NCBI GenBank assembly: GCA_964415185.1
Contig: CAYPZI010000004.1
Location: 340 to 64,339, forward strand
Direction of reading: 5' to 3'
DNA from: an uncultured Balneolaceae bacterium
Lineage (GTDB): Bacteria; Bacteroidota; Rhodothermia; Balneolales; Balneolaceae
DNA: 64,000 nucleotides
Shown: one piece after another, positions 37,097-46,722 of the stretch
Layout of the letters: each line of letters opens with the position of its first letter
Numbering within the stretch: position 1 is the first letter of the stretch
The notes under the pieces: model-generated
Database searches by the model: none
Told to the model about the DNA's origin: nothing
The model's input: only the letters and a program-made list of their open reading frames with translations
Position numbers and translations under genes: made by a program

Positions 37097-38348
37097 AAGC
37101 ACCCAATATAAAATATTCAATGATCCTGTTCATGGTTTCATTACCATTCCCAAAGGAAACATTCTTAGGCTGATTGATCACGCCTATGTTCAGCGGCTCA
37201 GGCGAATTCGCCAGCTTGGGCTGGGGTACCTCGTTTTTCCCGCTGCCGAACACTCCCGGTTTTCTCATGCAATCGGTACCCTTGAACTTGGACAACGGGT
37301 TCTGAACAACCTTCGCGAAAAAGATACAACCATCAGTGACCCGGAATACGAAGCGACGTTAATAGCCTTACTTTTGCATGATGCAGGCCATGGCCCGCTT
37401 TCGCATACTCTCGAGCATTCTTTGATCAGGGATTTCAGTCATGAAAAAATGAGCCTGAAAGTAATGAGAGAGTTAAATAAGGAATTTGACGGTGCACTGG
37501 ATCTTGCCATAGAGATCTTTACGAATCAGTATCCCAAAAAATTTCTTTACCAGCTTATATCCTCGCAGCTTGACATTGACAGGCTCGACTATCTGAAGCG
37601 CGACAGTTTTTTCACAGGAGTAACCGAAGGATCGGTGGGTATCAATCGGATTCTGAAAACCATGCGGGTTTTTAAAGGCAACATTGTGATTGAGAAAAAA
37701 GGAATCTATGCCATTGAAAATTATATTTTATCACGCAGGCTGATGTATATGCAGGTTTATCTGCATAAAACTGTACTCAGTGCTGATGTCTTGCTAAAGC
37801 AGATTATCCGCAGGGTAAAGAACCTTACCAAATCCGGGGCTAAGTTACCTCAGCCCTCCGAAGCTCTGAAGAGGTTATTTGAAAATGATTTTTCTGCTTC
37901 TAAAACCATCAGCAAACCTTTATTTGAAATTTATACGGCATTGGATGATCATGATATTTTCATCAGCCTTAAATACTGGCAAGATTGTAAAGACCCGGTT
38001 TTAGCAGACCTCTGTACCCGCTTTTTAAACAGAGATCTTTTCAGAACTACATTTTTTAATAAAAATACTGCGGACGAATATAAAGAATCAGTCTTGAATA
38101 GCACTATTTCCTGCTTAAAAGATAAGGGGCTTCCCTACGACTCTGATACGGCTTCCTACTATTTCCAGTTTGATCAGAGTTACAGTGAAGCCTATAAATA
38201 TGAAAATGAATCCATCTGGATACTTGAAAACGGGGTGAAAGCGATTGAATTCTCAAAAGCCGCAGATACCAAGCATATCATTGCCCTTACAAAACCGGTA
38301 GTGAAACCTTATGTTGTTCACCTCAAAGAAATTGAAAACCCGGTGTAG
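37089..38348 (+). CDS. HD-domain phosphohydrolase (SAMHD1/dNTPase-like)
   Basis: Start taken at MDKSTQYKIFNDPVHGFI, giving an 8-nt overlap with the upstream stop. RFSHAIGT and LLHDAGHGPLSH motifs. Confidence 0.85.
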   Translation: MDKSTQYKIFNDPVHGFITIPKGNILRLIDHAYVQRLRRIRQLGLGYLVFPAAEHSRFSHAIGTLELGQRVLNNLREKDTTISDPEYEATLIALLLHDAGHGPLSHTLEHSLIRDFSHEKMSLKVMRELNKEFDGALDLAIEIFTNQYPKKFLYQLISSQLDIDRLDYLKRDSFFTGVTEGSVGINRILKTMRVFKGNIVIEKKGIYAIENYILSRRLMYMQVYLHKTVLSADVLLKQIIRRVKNLTKSGAKLPQPSEALKRLFENDFSASKTISKPLFEIYTALDDHDIFISLKYWQDCKDPVLADLCTRFLNRDLFRTTFFNKNTADEYKESVLNSTISCLKDKGLPYDSDTASYYFQFDQSYSEAYKYENESIWILENGVKAIEFSKAADTKHIIALTKPVVKPYVVHLKEIENPV

Positions 38349-38476
38349 TGTCATGTCAATGATTAAATGCCGGATGAGTCATCGGACCGTGTCCGGCCTT
38401 TGACGGATGAGTCAACCCTGAAACAGTGCAAGAATACAAAAATACTTGACTATTCGATAAAACTCATCCGTTGACT
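38346..38476 (+). repeat. TAGTGTCATGTCAA module plus Family-B structured repeat (B2) filling a convergent intergenic gap
   Basis: The 14-mer at 38346..38359 begins with the TAG stop of the HD gene. 38377..38412 is identical to 743..778. The distal arm AACTCATCCGTTGACT (38461..38476) overlaps the stop codon of the minus-strand sensor gene. Confidence 0.8.
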
Positions 38477-39582
38477 TTCTTCACTTTATGAACCATCTCA
38501 AGCAGTTCATTCTCTCTGAACGGCTTTTGGAGGAAGCCATCAAAACCCTTTTTTAATAATCGGGCTTTATTATTTTTCCTGCTGTTTGCCGTTACAGCAA
38601 TGATCGGAATTTTTGAAAATTCATTATTCAGAGCCCTGATATAATCAAATGCTTCAATTCCATCCATAACCGGCATGGATATATCCATACAGATCAAATC
38701 CGGTTTACATTTTTGCATCTCTTCAATAGCCTCCCGTCCGTTAGCAGCTTCACATATTTTTATATCATTTCGCTCAAGCATAATTTTAAGTAATGTCCTG
38801 TTAAACGATACATCATCGACAATCATCACTTTACTTACTTTTCCCCGGCTGCCGGAATCTCCACCCTCTACAATCAGCTTGTCACTTTCTCCATGCAGCA
38901 AATCATTAATAACCCTCTGCAACTCATGAGACTTTTTGGAAATTACCAGTAATTTTTCTTTCTGGTCTTCGGTAAGGTTGTTGTCATCTTTTAATATTTC
39001 AGAATAACCTGAAATGACATTTAATGGGGTGTTGATATCATGAGACAAGTCATCGAGTTTCTTCAGTTGCTCGGAAAAAGTGTTGTCATTCTTTTTTTCC
39101 TGACTTTTTATAATCAACAACCTGCCCAGCAACCTTCCATGATCATCCGTAATTGAATGAATATTCACATGGCGAACCAATTCATTTCCATCTTTCATGA
39201 ACTTTATTTCGCCATTGCGGTTAAGAGTCAACCTTTTTTGTACCGACATCGGCAGAGGCGTATCATCAATTATTTTACCTTCAATATTTTTTGCTCTCAG
39301 GCTAAACAGTTCCAAAAAATGCTCATTTGCAAACTTTACCCGGTCTTCCATATCTAAAATAGCGATGGAATGTTCACTTTTGGTAGCAATAGAATGGAGA
39401 TAAATATTTTGCTCAAAGGAAGTAAGGGCAAAGCTGTCGTCAGTTTTCCGTGTACGGATAAAGAGATATACAACAAGGGACAATAGCAGTAAGATCGTAA
39501 CGAAATATATCTGGTCAGGCAAGCCATTTAACCAAATATCATTTAAGAAAAGAATATAATATGTAAGCAGATTTTTAAACAA
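38464..39582 (-). CDS. Membrane PAS-HisKA(DHp)-receiver protein lacking an HATPase_c domain
   Basis: 372 aa. TM region, PAS-like segment, H-box SHDINTPL (H181), then about 70 aa later a receiver domain (MIVDD, CMDISMP with D300, AVTA, QKPF). There is no room for a catalytic ATP-binding domain. Confidence 0.8.
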   Translation of the reverse strand: MFKNLLTYYILFLNDIWLNGLPDQIYFVTILLLLSLVVYLFIRTRKTDDSFALTSFEQNIYLHSIATKSEHSIAILDMEDRVKFANEHFLELFSLRAKNIEGKIIDDTPLPMSVQKRLTLNRNGEIKFMKDGNELVRHVNIHSITDDHGRLLGRLLIIKSQEKKNDNTFSEQLKKLDDLSHDINTPLNVISGYSEILKDDNNLTEDQKEKLLVISKKSHELQRVINDLLHGESDKLIVEGGDSGSRGKVSKVMIVDDVSFNRTLLKIMLERNDIKICEAANGREAIEEMQKCKPDLICMDISMPVMDGIEAFDYIRALNNEFSKIPIIAVTANSRKNNKARLLKKGFDGFLQKPFRENELLEMVHKVKKVNG

Positions 39583-39617
39583 TAAATTTTCCCCTTAATC
39601 CTAAGCAATCGTTACTG

Positions 39618-39647
39618 AAAAAAAATAACCTATATTCTAACAGGTTA
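39618..39647 (-). terminator. Weak candidate terminator downstream of folA
   Basis: Minus-strand UAACCU-loop-AGGUUA followed by AUUUUUUUU. The stem is short and AT-rich. Confidence 0.35.
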
Positions 39648-39764
39648 GCCATTAGTGTTTTTTAACATTAAGCTTATAAACATTAGATTCCGTTATTTAA
39701 GAAAAGCAGAATCCGGTAACTTTTCAGTTAGATTTATCCAAGAAATGGGGGGCTCGGTCGAAAT

Positions 39765-40238
39765 TCAGGCCTTTCTTTCGTACCTGATAAATGATATTTC
39801 TTGATGATTTTCACGCCATGCTTCTTTCCAAACGGTTCCTATCAGATGGCGATATTCGGGGAAGAAGGTATCCCCCTCAAACTCTTTGTGAATAAGGGTG
39901 ATGATAAGTTCATCTGCCATGCCAATAGTCTGCCGATAAACTTCACCGCCGCCGATAATAAATATTTTCCCACTATCTCCGGCTTTTTCGAGGGCTTCAG
40001 GTAATGAGCTGCATGTTTCTGCCTGATCATAACTCTTGGTTTGACTAAGAACAATATTTTTTCTGCCGGGAAGAGGTTTTTCATTCAGTTCTTCAAAAAC
40101 TCCCCTTCCCATGACAATCGGATGGCCCATCGTCGTTTTTTTAAAAAACTGAAGGTCTTTCTTATAGTGCCAGGGGAGTTTGCCGTCTGCTCCAATCACC
40201 AGGTTCGGGTCATGAGCTGCAATAATACTCAATTTCAT
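39765..40238 (-). CDS. folA: Dihydrofolate reductase
   Basis: 157 aa. IIAAHDPNLVIGADGKLPWH, VMGRGVFEEL, IIGGGEVY. Confidence 0.95.
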   Translation of the reverse strand: MKLSIIAAHDPNLVIGADGKLPWHYKKDLQFFKKTTMGHPIVMGRGVFEELNEKPLPGRKNIVLSQTKSYDQAETCSSLPEALEKAGDSGKIFIIGGGEVYRQTIGMADELIITLIHKEFEGDTFFPEYRHLIGTVWKEAWRENHQEISFIRYERKA

Positions 40239-40240
40239 TA

Positions 40241-41089
40241 TTAAACGGCTACTTCAAATTTGATGGCTTCCTGGGGATGGTATCCACGTAATTCAAAATC
40301 TTCAAATTCAAGGGAATCGATATCTTTATCTGCAATAATCAGTTCCGGTAGTTTTCCCGGTTTTCTTTTTAACTGCTCCCTCAGCCCTTCAATATGATTT
40401 ACATAGATATGAGCATCTACAATTGTGTGGGCAAAAGTGCCTGGTTCAAGTCCGGTGATTTTGGCTATCGTCATGGTTAGAGCAGCATAGCAGGCAAGGT
40501 TAAATGGAATTCCAAGTGCAACATCGCCTGATCTTTGGGTAAGGTGGCAATTTAATTTCCCGTCTGCCACATTAAAAATGTACATCACATGGCAGGGCGG
40601 AAGAGCCATCTCATTTAATAATCCCGGATGCCATGCCGAGACTACCATTCTTCGGCTGTTTGGATTTTTCTTTATAAGATTAATTACCCGCTGTATTTGG
40701 TCAAATTCTTCAAGCTTCCACGTCTCTGAATTTTTTTGCCCATTTGAAATATAAGATCGTCCTTCTTCGGTTTTGAGATAGGGATATCTCCTCCAGAGAA
40801 CCGGGTAAATGGGGCCTACATACCCGTCTTCGTCTGCCCATGCATCCCAAATATGACAATTTTTTTCATCGCGAAGCCAGCGTATGTGGTCTTCTCCCCT
40901 GAGATACCAGAGAAGCTCGAGTACAACCGAGCGGAAGTAAACCTTTTTCGTGGTTAGTAAGGGGTATCCTTCAGACAGGTTTACCTTATAAAATTCAGAA
41001 AATGAGGAAATAGTATCGATACCAGTTCTGTTTTCTTTACGGACACCGTTTTCAAGTACATTTTTTACAAGGTTCAGGTACTGTTTCAT
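40241..41089 (-). CDS. thyA: Thymidylate synthase (ThyA)
   Basis: 282 aa. NRTGIDT, catalytic LPPCH, RSGDVALGIPFNLACYA. Confidence 0.96.
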   Translation of the reverse strand: MKQYLNLVKNVLENGVRKENRTGIDTISSFSEFYKVNLSEGYPLLTTKKVYFRSVVLELLWYLRGEDHIRWLRDEKNCHIWDAWADEDGYVGPIYPVLWRRYPYLKTEEGRSYISNGQKNSETWKLEEFDQIQRVINLIKKNPNSRRMVVSAWHPGLLNEMALPPCHVMYIFNVADGKLNCHLTQRSGDVALGIPFNLACYAALTMTIAKITGLEPGTFAHTIVDAHIYVNHIEGLREQLKRKPGKLPELIIADKDIDSLEFEDFELRGYHPQEAIKFEVAV

Positions 41090-41105
41090 TATATAAAGAT
41101 CATTA

Positions 41106-42491
41106 TTAATTAAGAACTACACCGCTTAGCAGGAAAGATGCTATGCTAAAATAGATGATTATTCCTGTTACATCAACCAGTGTTGCAACAAATGGTGCTG
41201 ATGTGACGGCAGGGTCAAAACCGAGTTTTTCCATCAAAAAAGGAAGCATCGAGCCGCTCAAATTTCCAAAGAGTACGACGCCTATAAGGCTTGTACCAAC
41301 AGTAAGGGATTGCAAAATAAGCTCCAGGGTAAAAGGTTCACCACGAAGATACATCCAGTTGGCTATAACCACGGAGCCCATTAAACCGATGAGGCTTCCA
41401 AGAAGCAGACCGGATAATGATTCTCGAAATAACACCTTTTTCCAATCTTGCTTTCGGATGTCATCCGTTGAAATAGCCCTGATAATAAGTGTGGCCGCCT
41501 GCGAACCCGAATTGCCTCCGCTTGAGATGATCATCGGTATAAAAAATGAGAGAATGGCAGCTGCTGCAAGGGCGTCCTCGTAATTTGCCATTGCGGTTAC
41601 GGTCAACATTTGCCCCATAAAAAGAATGATAAGCCATCCGATTCTCTTTTTTACCATATTTAAAATCGAAGTTTGTGAGTATGAATCATCCAGGGCATTC
41701 ATACCGGCCATCAGGTGCATATCCTCGGTTGTTTCTTCTTCAGCCACATCGATTACGTCATCCACTGTTACGATACCAACCAGGATTCCGTCAGAATCGA
41801 CTACCGGGAGAGCCACACGGTCGTATTTACTCAGCATTCGAACAGCTTCTTCCTGGTCATCGAAAGCACTTAAAGCTTCGAACGAATTATCCATGAGGTC
41901 CGCAATAACCGCCTCAGGATCGGCCAGGATGAGTTGATTCAGGCGCAGGTCATCGATCAGTTTTTCATTTTCATCAACGACATAAATCACATTAATGGTT
42001 TCAGCTTTTTTGCCATATTCCCTAAGATGGTTCAGGCTTTTTTCCAATGTCCATTCTGATTTTACCCGAACAAATTTAGTTGTCATCAGGCGGCCAACCG
42101 ACTCATCGGGGTAGCCCAACAATTTTCTAACCTCTTTCTGGTTCTCGGGGGCCAGAGACGATAGTACCCGTTTGGTGAGGTGCCCCGGCAATTCCTCCAT
42201 CAGGGCCACTTGCTCATCAGGCTCAAGATTATTCATCACATCACTTAGCTGCTGCCGGGAAAAAACCTCCAGCAGTTCCACTCCTTTTCCGGAACTGAGA
42301 TATGAAAAAACATCGGCAGCCTTGGATTTTTTCAGTAACCGGAATATGACCACTGCAACCTCGGGATCAATTTCTTCAAGCAACTCGGCCACATCAACAG
42401 CGGGAAGGTCGTTTAACACCTCCTTCAGTGCAACCCAGTCTTTGGCTGCGATCAGCTCATCAAATTCCGGCTTTAACAGGTTAACGAACAT
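41106..42491 (-). CDS. mgtE: Magnesium transporter MgtE
   Basis: 461 aa. N-domain, tandem CBS, C-terminal 5-TM domain (ISSGGNSGSQAATL). Confidence 0.93.
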   Translation of the reverse strand: MFVNLLKPEFDELIAAKDWVALKEVLNDLPAVDVAELLEEIDPEVAVVIFRLLKKSKAADVFSYLSSGKGVELLEVFSRQQLSDVMNNLEPDEQVALMEELPGHLTKRVLSSLAPENQKEVRKLLGYPDESVGRLMTTKFVRVKSEWTLEKSLNHLREYGKKAETINVIYVVDENEKLIDDLRLNQLILADPEAVIADLMDNSFEALSAFDDQEEAVRMLSKYDRVALPVVDSDGILVGIVTVDDVIDVAEEETTEDMHLMAGMNALDDSYSQTSILNMVKKRIGWLIILFMGQMLTVTAMANYEDALAAAAILSFFIPMIISSGGNSGSQAATLIIRAISTDDIRKQDWKKVLFRESLSGLLLGSLIGLMGSVVIANWMYLRGEPFTLELILQSLTVGTSLIGVVLFGNLSGSMLPFLMEKLGFDPAVTSAPFVATLVDVTGIIIYFSIASFLLSGVVLN

Positions 42492-42683
42492 GGTAAAATA
42501 TCTGAAGGTTGGTGGTTATATCAATTCTGTCAAGAATACAAGAGGCCGGTCAATTTTATTTAAAATAAAAACAACTTCTGTACACCAGATCAGAACCTGA
42601 GAATATAATCATGTTTTTCCACTGATAAAATCCGATGAAGCCAAACGTATTTATGTGGTAAACAAATATATCAATCCCTTCGG

Positions 42684-43460
42684 TTATACCTGCTCGGATT
42701 GTGCCGGGTCTTGTAATTTAGATAAAGCATTCCTGGCTGCTTTTTGTTCGGCCTGTTTCTTGCTTTTTCCTTTTCCCTTTCCATAAATAACTCCGTTTAC
42801 CGAAACTGAAACCGAAAATGTTTTATTGTGCCCCGGTCCATACTCCGAAATAATATTATACTCAGGCAGAGACATTTTTTCAGCCTGGGTATATTCAAGC
42901 AAGGTACTTTTATAGTTATCGTTTTGTTTGACCAACCGGTTGAAATCCAGATGTTTATTTAAAGTTTCGTCAACAAAATCAAATGCCGATTTATATCCTT
43001 TTGTCAAATAGATTGCGGCAATAACTGCTTCGAAAACATCAGCAAGAACACTTTTGGAATATTCAATGCCCTGCCCCTGTGCCCTTTCACCGATTTGTAT
43101 AAGTTCGTCAAGGCCTATACTCCCGGAGAGCTCTGCAAGGGATTCGCCACGGACAATCCGTGCCCTTAATTTTGTCAAAAATCCTTCGGTTTCGGATGGA
43201 AATCGTTCATAAAGGATTTCAGTGACGATCAAATCCAGGACAGCATCACCTAAAAACTCAAGCCTTTCGTAGGAATCAAATTTTTCAAATTTTTTCCCGT
43301 CAACTTTCGACCGGTGACGCAAAGCTTTTTGAAATATCCCTTGTTCATCACTGCTTAGCCCAAAACCAAGAGTATTTTCGAGCTTTGAGTACTTTTTTGC
43401 CGGTTTATTTCTATCGTCTTTTTCTTTTTTCTGAAATCTTTTTTTAAACCAGCGAAGCAT
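42684..43460 (-). CDS. rnc: Ribonuclease III
   Basis: 258 aa. ERLEFLGDAVL signature and C-terminal dsRBD. A basic N-terminal extension of about 35 aa makes the start uncertain. Confidence 0.92.
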   Translation of the reverse strand: MLRWFKKRFQKKEKDDRNKPAKKYSKLENTLGFGLSSDEQGIFQKALRHRSKVDGKKFEKFDSYERLEFLGDAVLDLIVTEILYERFPSETEGFLTKLRARIVRGESLAELSGSIGLDELIQIGERAQGQGIEYSKSVLADVFEAVIAAIYLTKGYKSAFDFVDETLNKHLDFNRLVKQNDNYKSTLLEYTQAEKMSLPEYNIISEYGPGHNKTFSVSVSVNGVIYGKGKGKSKKQAEQKAARNALSKLQDPAQSEQV

Positions 43461-43462
43461 TT

Positions 43463-44707
43463 TTAATCTTCATACTTCTTGAATACAAGTGTGGTGTTGT
43501 GTCCCCCGAATCCAAATGCATTATTGAGGGCATATTTCACATCACGAGCTTCTGATTCATTAACGGTATAGTTAAGGTCGCAAGCCGGGTCAGGAGTTTC
43601 GTAGTTAATGGTCGGAGGTACAATACCGTGGTAGGTTGTTAAAAGTGCTGCTACCGATTCTGCAGCTCCCGCCGCGCCAAGCATATGGCCTGTCATTGAC
43701 TTTGTGGAGTTCAGATTGATATTGTAAGCGTGATCACCAAATACTTTTTTTATGGAATTACTTTCAGCCAAGTCCCCGAGCGGTGTCGAAGTTCCGTGCA
43801 TATTGATATGATCCACATCCTCAGTTTCAATGCCTGCCATTTTAAGTGCATTTTTCATTGCCAGAATCACCCCGTTCCCCTCCGGATCGGGTGCTGTAAT
43901 GTGGTAACCATCGGCAGAAAAGCCGTATCCAACAATTTCGCCGTAGATTCTGGCACCCCTGTCGAGGGCAGAGTCAAGTGATTCGATAAACATCATGGCA
44001 GCGCCTTCGCCTAAAACAAATCCATCACGTGTCTTGTCGAAAGGCCTTGAAGCTGTTTCAGGTGATTCATTTCTTGTAGAAAGAGCTTTCATTGAGCTGA
44101 AACCCGCAATTCCTATTTGCCAGACAGGTGCTTCCGTACCACCACAGACAGCCATATCGGCCTGTCCGAAGCGAATAGTGTCATAGGCAAGGCCGATGTT
44201 GTGTGAACCTGTGGCACAAGCAGAAACCGTGCAGTAGTTCGCACCCCTGAATCCATATTTAATGGAAATTTGCCCGGCGGGCATATCGGGAATCAGCATT
44301 GGAATAAAAAAGGGCGACACTCCCTTTGGCCCGTTTTGGTGATAGGACACAGACTGGTCGTAGAATGTTTTCATACCTCCGATTCCGGAACCCACGATTA
44401 CGGCGACCCTGTTTTTATCAACCGATTCAAGATCGATCTTGCTGTCGTTAACAGCTTCTTCGGCAGTAATCAGGCCAAATTGAGAAACTTTATCCAGCCT
44501 CCTGGCCTCTTTTCTTTCAAAGTAATTAAGTTCATCATAATCTTCGAGCATTCCGGCGAATTTGGTGGGAAACTCCGAAGTATTGAAATGTTCAATATTT
44601 CTAACGCCGGATTTTCCTGATATGAGTCCATTCCAGAAATCCGGTGCCGTTTTGCCAACAGGGGTTAAGGCACCGATTCCTGTTACTACAACTCTGCGTC
44701 CAGTCAT
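43463..44707 (-). CDS. fabF: 3-oxoacyl-ACP synthase II
   Basis: 414 aa. Active-site ACATG, HGTSTPLGD, NAFGFGGHN. Confidence 0.96.
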   Translation of the reverse strand: MTGRRVVVTGIGALTPVGKTAPDFWNGLISGKSGVRNIEHFNTSEFPTKFAGMLEDYDELNYFERKEARRLDKVSQFGLITAEEAVNDSKIDLESVDKNRVAVIVGSGIGGMKTFYDQSVSYHQNGPKGVSPFFIPMLIPDMPAGQISIKYGFRGANYCTVSACATGSHNIGLAYDTIRFGQADMAVCGGTEAPVWQIGIAGFSSMKALSTRNESPETASRPFDKTRDGFVLGEGAAMMFIESLDSALDRGARIYGEIVGYGFSADGYHITAPDPEGNGVILAMKNALKMAGIETEDVDHINMHGTSTPLGDLAESNSIKKVFGDHAYNINLNSTKSMTGHMLGAAGAAESVAALLTTYHGIVPPTINYETPDPACDLNYTVNESEARDVKYALNNAFGFGGHNTTLVFKKYED

Positions 44708-44728
44708 AAAATTTGACAGATGTGAAAT

Positions 44729-44965
44729 TTAGGATTTTTCCTGAATATATTTTACAGCATCACCAACAGTGGCAATGTTTTCAGCATCTTCATCGGGGAT
44801 ACTGATATCAAATTCTTTTTCAAATTCCATGATCAATTCAACGGTGTCGAGTGAATCTGCACCGAGATCATTTGTAAAATTTGCATCGGTAACAACTTCC
44901 GAGTCATCTACTCCGAGTTTATCGATGATTATTGATTTAACTTTTGCTTCGACATCTTGTGACAT
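44729..44965 (-). CDS. acpP: Acyl carrier protein
   Basis: 78 aa. [13 protein letters not shown] phosphopantetheine-attachment site. Confidence 0.97.
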   Translation of the reverse strand: MSQDVEAKVKSIIIDKLGVDDSEVVTDANFTNDLGADSLDTVELIMEFEKEFDISIPDEDAENIATVGDAVKYIQEKS

Positions 44966-45080
44966 AGCAAACCTTATTTAGTTATGGTTAGATTGATAAT
45001 TGAAATAAAATTGGTCTAAAAATACAACTTCTTGTCTTTAAAAAAACAAATAATTGCTAAAACTATCCTGCTGCAATGAA

Positions 45081-45827
45081 TTACATGGCCATTCCGCCAT
45101 CAACGCGCAAAACTTCACCTGTAATGTATGAACTTAAATCGGAGGCTAAAAATGCAACGGCTTGTGCCACTTCTTCCGGTTCTCCCGGCCTGCCAAGCGG
45201 CGTATCTTTTTTTATAGCATCCAGCACCTTGTCGTCCAGGTTTCCGGTCATTTCAGTAGTAATATAGCCGGGTGCAACTACATTAGCCCGGATATTTCTG
45301 CTGGCGAGTTCTTTGGCATATGATTTCGTAAAGCCTATTATGCCGGCTTTCGAAGCCGAATAATTGCTTTGGCCTGCATTTCCCGAAATGCCTACAACCG
45401 AACTGATGTTAATAACAGATCCGCCGCGTGCCCTCATCATAGGTTTTGCAATGGCTTTACTGTAATTGAATACACTTTTCAAATTGGTATCCATTACGGC
45501 ATCCCATTGCTCTTCCGACATTCTCAAAATCAGGTTATCCTTTGTGATACCGGCATTGTTTACAAGTACATCTATCTGGCCCAATTCATCCGTAATTTTT
45601 TTGATCACTTCTTCTGCCTTTTGATAAACAGCGGCATCGGCCTGGAGTGCTATTGATTTCACTTTAAATTTTTCAGTGATTTCCGAAACTACATGTTTCG
45701 CCTCATCTACAGAACTGGAATAGGTAATGGCTACATTTGCACCATAACCGGCCAGGGTTAATGCGATGGATTTACCTATTCCACGGCTGCCGCCGGTTAC
45801 AATACAATTTTTATTTTTCAGGTCCAT
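45081..45827 (-). CDS. fabG: 3-oxoacyl-ACP reductase
   Basis: 248 aa SDR. TGGSRGIG, NNAG, YSASKAG. Confidence 0.93.
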   Translation of the reverse strand: MDLKNKNCIVTGGSRGIGKSIALTLAGYGANVAITYSSSVDEAKHVVSEITEKFKVKSIALQADAAVYQKAEEVIKKITDELGQIDVLVNNAGITKDNLILRMSEEQWDAVMDTNLKSVFNYSKAIAKPMMRARGGSVINISSVVGISGNAGQSNYSASKAGIIGFTKSYAKELASRNIRANVVAPGYITTEMTGNLDDKVLDAIKKDTPLGRPGEPEEVAQAVAFLASDLSSYITGEVLRVDGGMAM

Positions 45828-45835
45828 AACTCTTT

Positions 45836-46720
45836 TTATTGATATCCGCTGATTTTCACATCTTTTAGAGTACGCTTTACAAGTCCCTGCAGCACCTTTC
45901 CCGGCCCTACTTCAATAAATTCAGTTGATCCGTGCGCGTTCATGTTTTCCAAAGTAGAAGTCCATTTTACCGGATTTGTCAATTGATTGACCAGGTTCTT
46001 GCGAATTTCTTCAGGATCTGTAGTTGGTTCAGCAGTAAAATTTGCAAATATCGGACACTCCGGCTTATTGATATCCGCTTCATCCACTTTTTCTTTCAGG
46101 CCCTGGACTGCAGGTTTCATCAAAGGTGAATGAAACGCACCGCTTACGGGAAGCATTTTTGCCAATCTGCATCCTTTTTCTTTTGCAAGCTCTACTGCTT
46201 TCTTAACCGCATCCGTATCTCCTGAAATTACCAGTTGGCCGGGACAGTTATAATTTGCCGGCACTACAGGTTTGCCGGAAAGTTCAGATGCTTCCCTGCA
46301 AATTTGATCGATAAGATGATCGCCAAGCCCGATAACTGCCGCCATTGTACCCTCATTTTGTTTACCGGCTTCCTGCATCAGGCTGCCTCTCAACGCAACC
46401 AGTTCAAGTGCTGACTTGAACTCAAGAGCACCGACAGAGGCCAGTGCAGAAAATTCACCAAGGCTATGGCCAGCAGCCATGTCAGGTTTCATATCAAGAG
46501 TTTCAAACAGTGCGACAGAATGAACAAAAATTGCAGGCTGGGTAAATTTGGTTTGAACCAATTCCTCTTCAGGTCCTTTAAACATAATATCCGAAAGGCT
46601 GAAGCCCAGAATTTGATCGGCTTCAGCAATTCGTTCTTTTATCCGGCTGTTATTGTTGTACAGATCTTCAGCCATACCGACAAACTGGGAACCCTGGCCC
46701 GGAAAAATAAATGCCTTCAT
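45836..46720 (-). CDS. fabD: Malonyl-CoA-ACP transacylase
   Basis: Start taken at MKAFIFPGQGSQ (the track ORF extends to 46735). GHSLGEFSA active site. Confidence 0.93.
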   Translation of the reverse strand: MKAFIFPGQGSQFVGMAEDLYNNNSRIKERIAEADQILGFSLSDIMFKGPEEELVQTKFTQPAIFVHSVALFETLDMKPDMAAGHSLGEFSALASVGALEFKSALELVALRGSLMQEAGKQNEGTMAAVIGLGDHLIDQICREASELSGKPVVPANYNCPGQLVISGDTDAVKKAVELAKEKGCRLAKMLPVSGAFHSPLMKPAVQGLKEKVDEADINKPECPIFANFTAEPTTDPEEIRKNLVNQLTNPVKWTSTLENMNAHGSTEFIEVGPGKVLQGLVKRTLKDVKISGYQ

Positions 46721-46722
46721 GT

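Noticed and set aside
42492-42683. M-box (Mg2+) riboswitch upstream of mgtE. The minus strand has CCGAAGG ... CTCAGG ... ACAGAAG.
   Set aside because: The spacing is far from the M-box consensus. The characteristic GGTGAGGCT-like 5' element is absent and would have to lie inside rnc.
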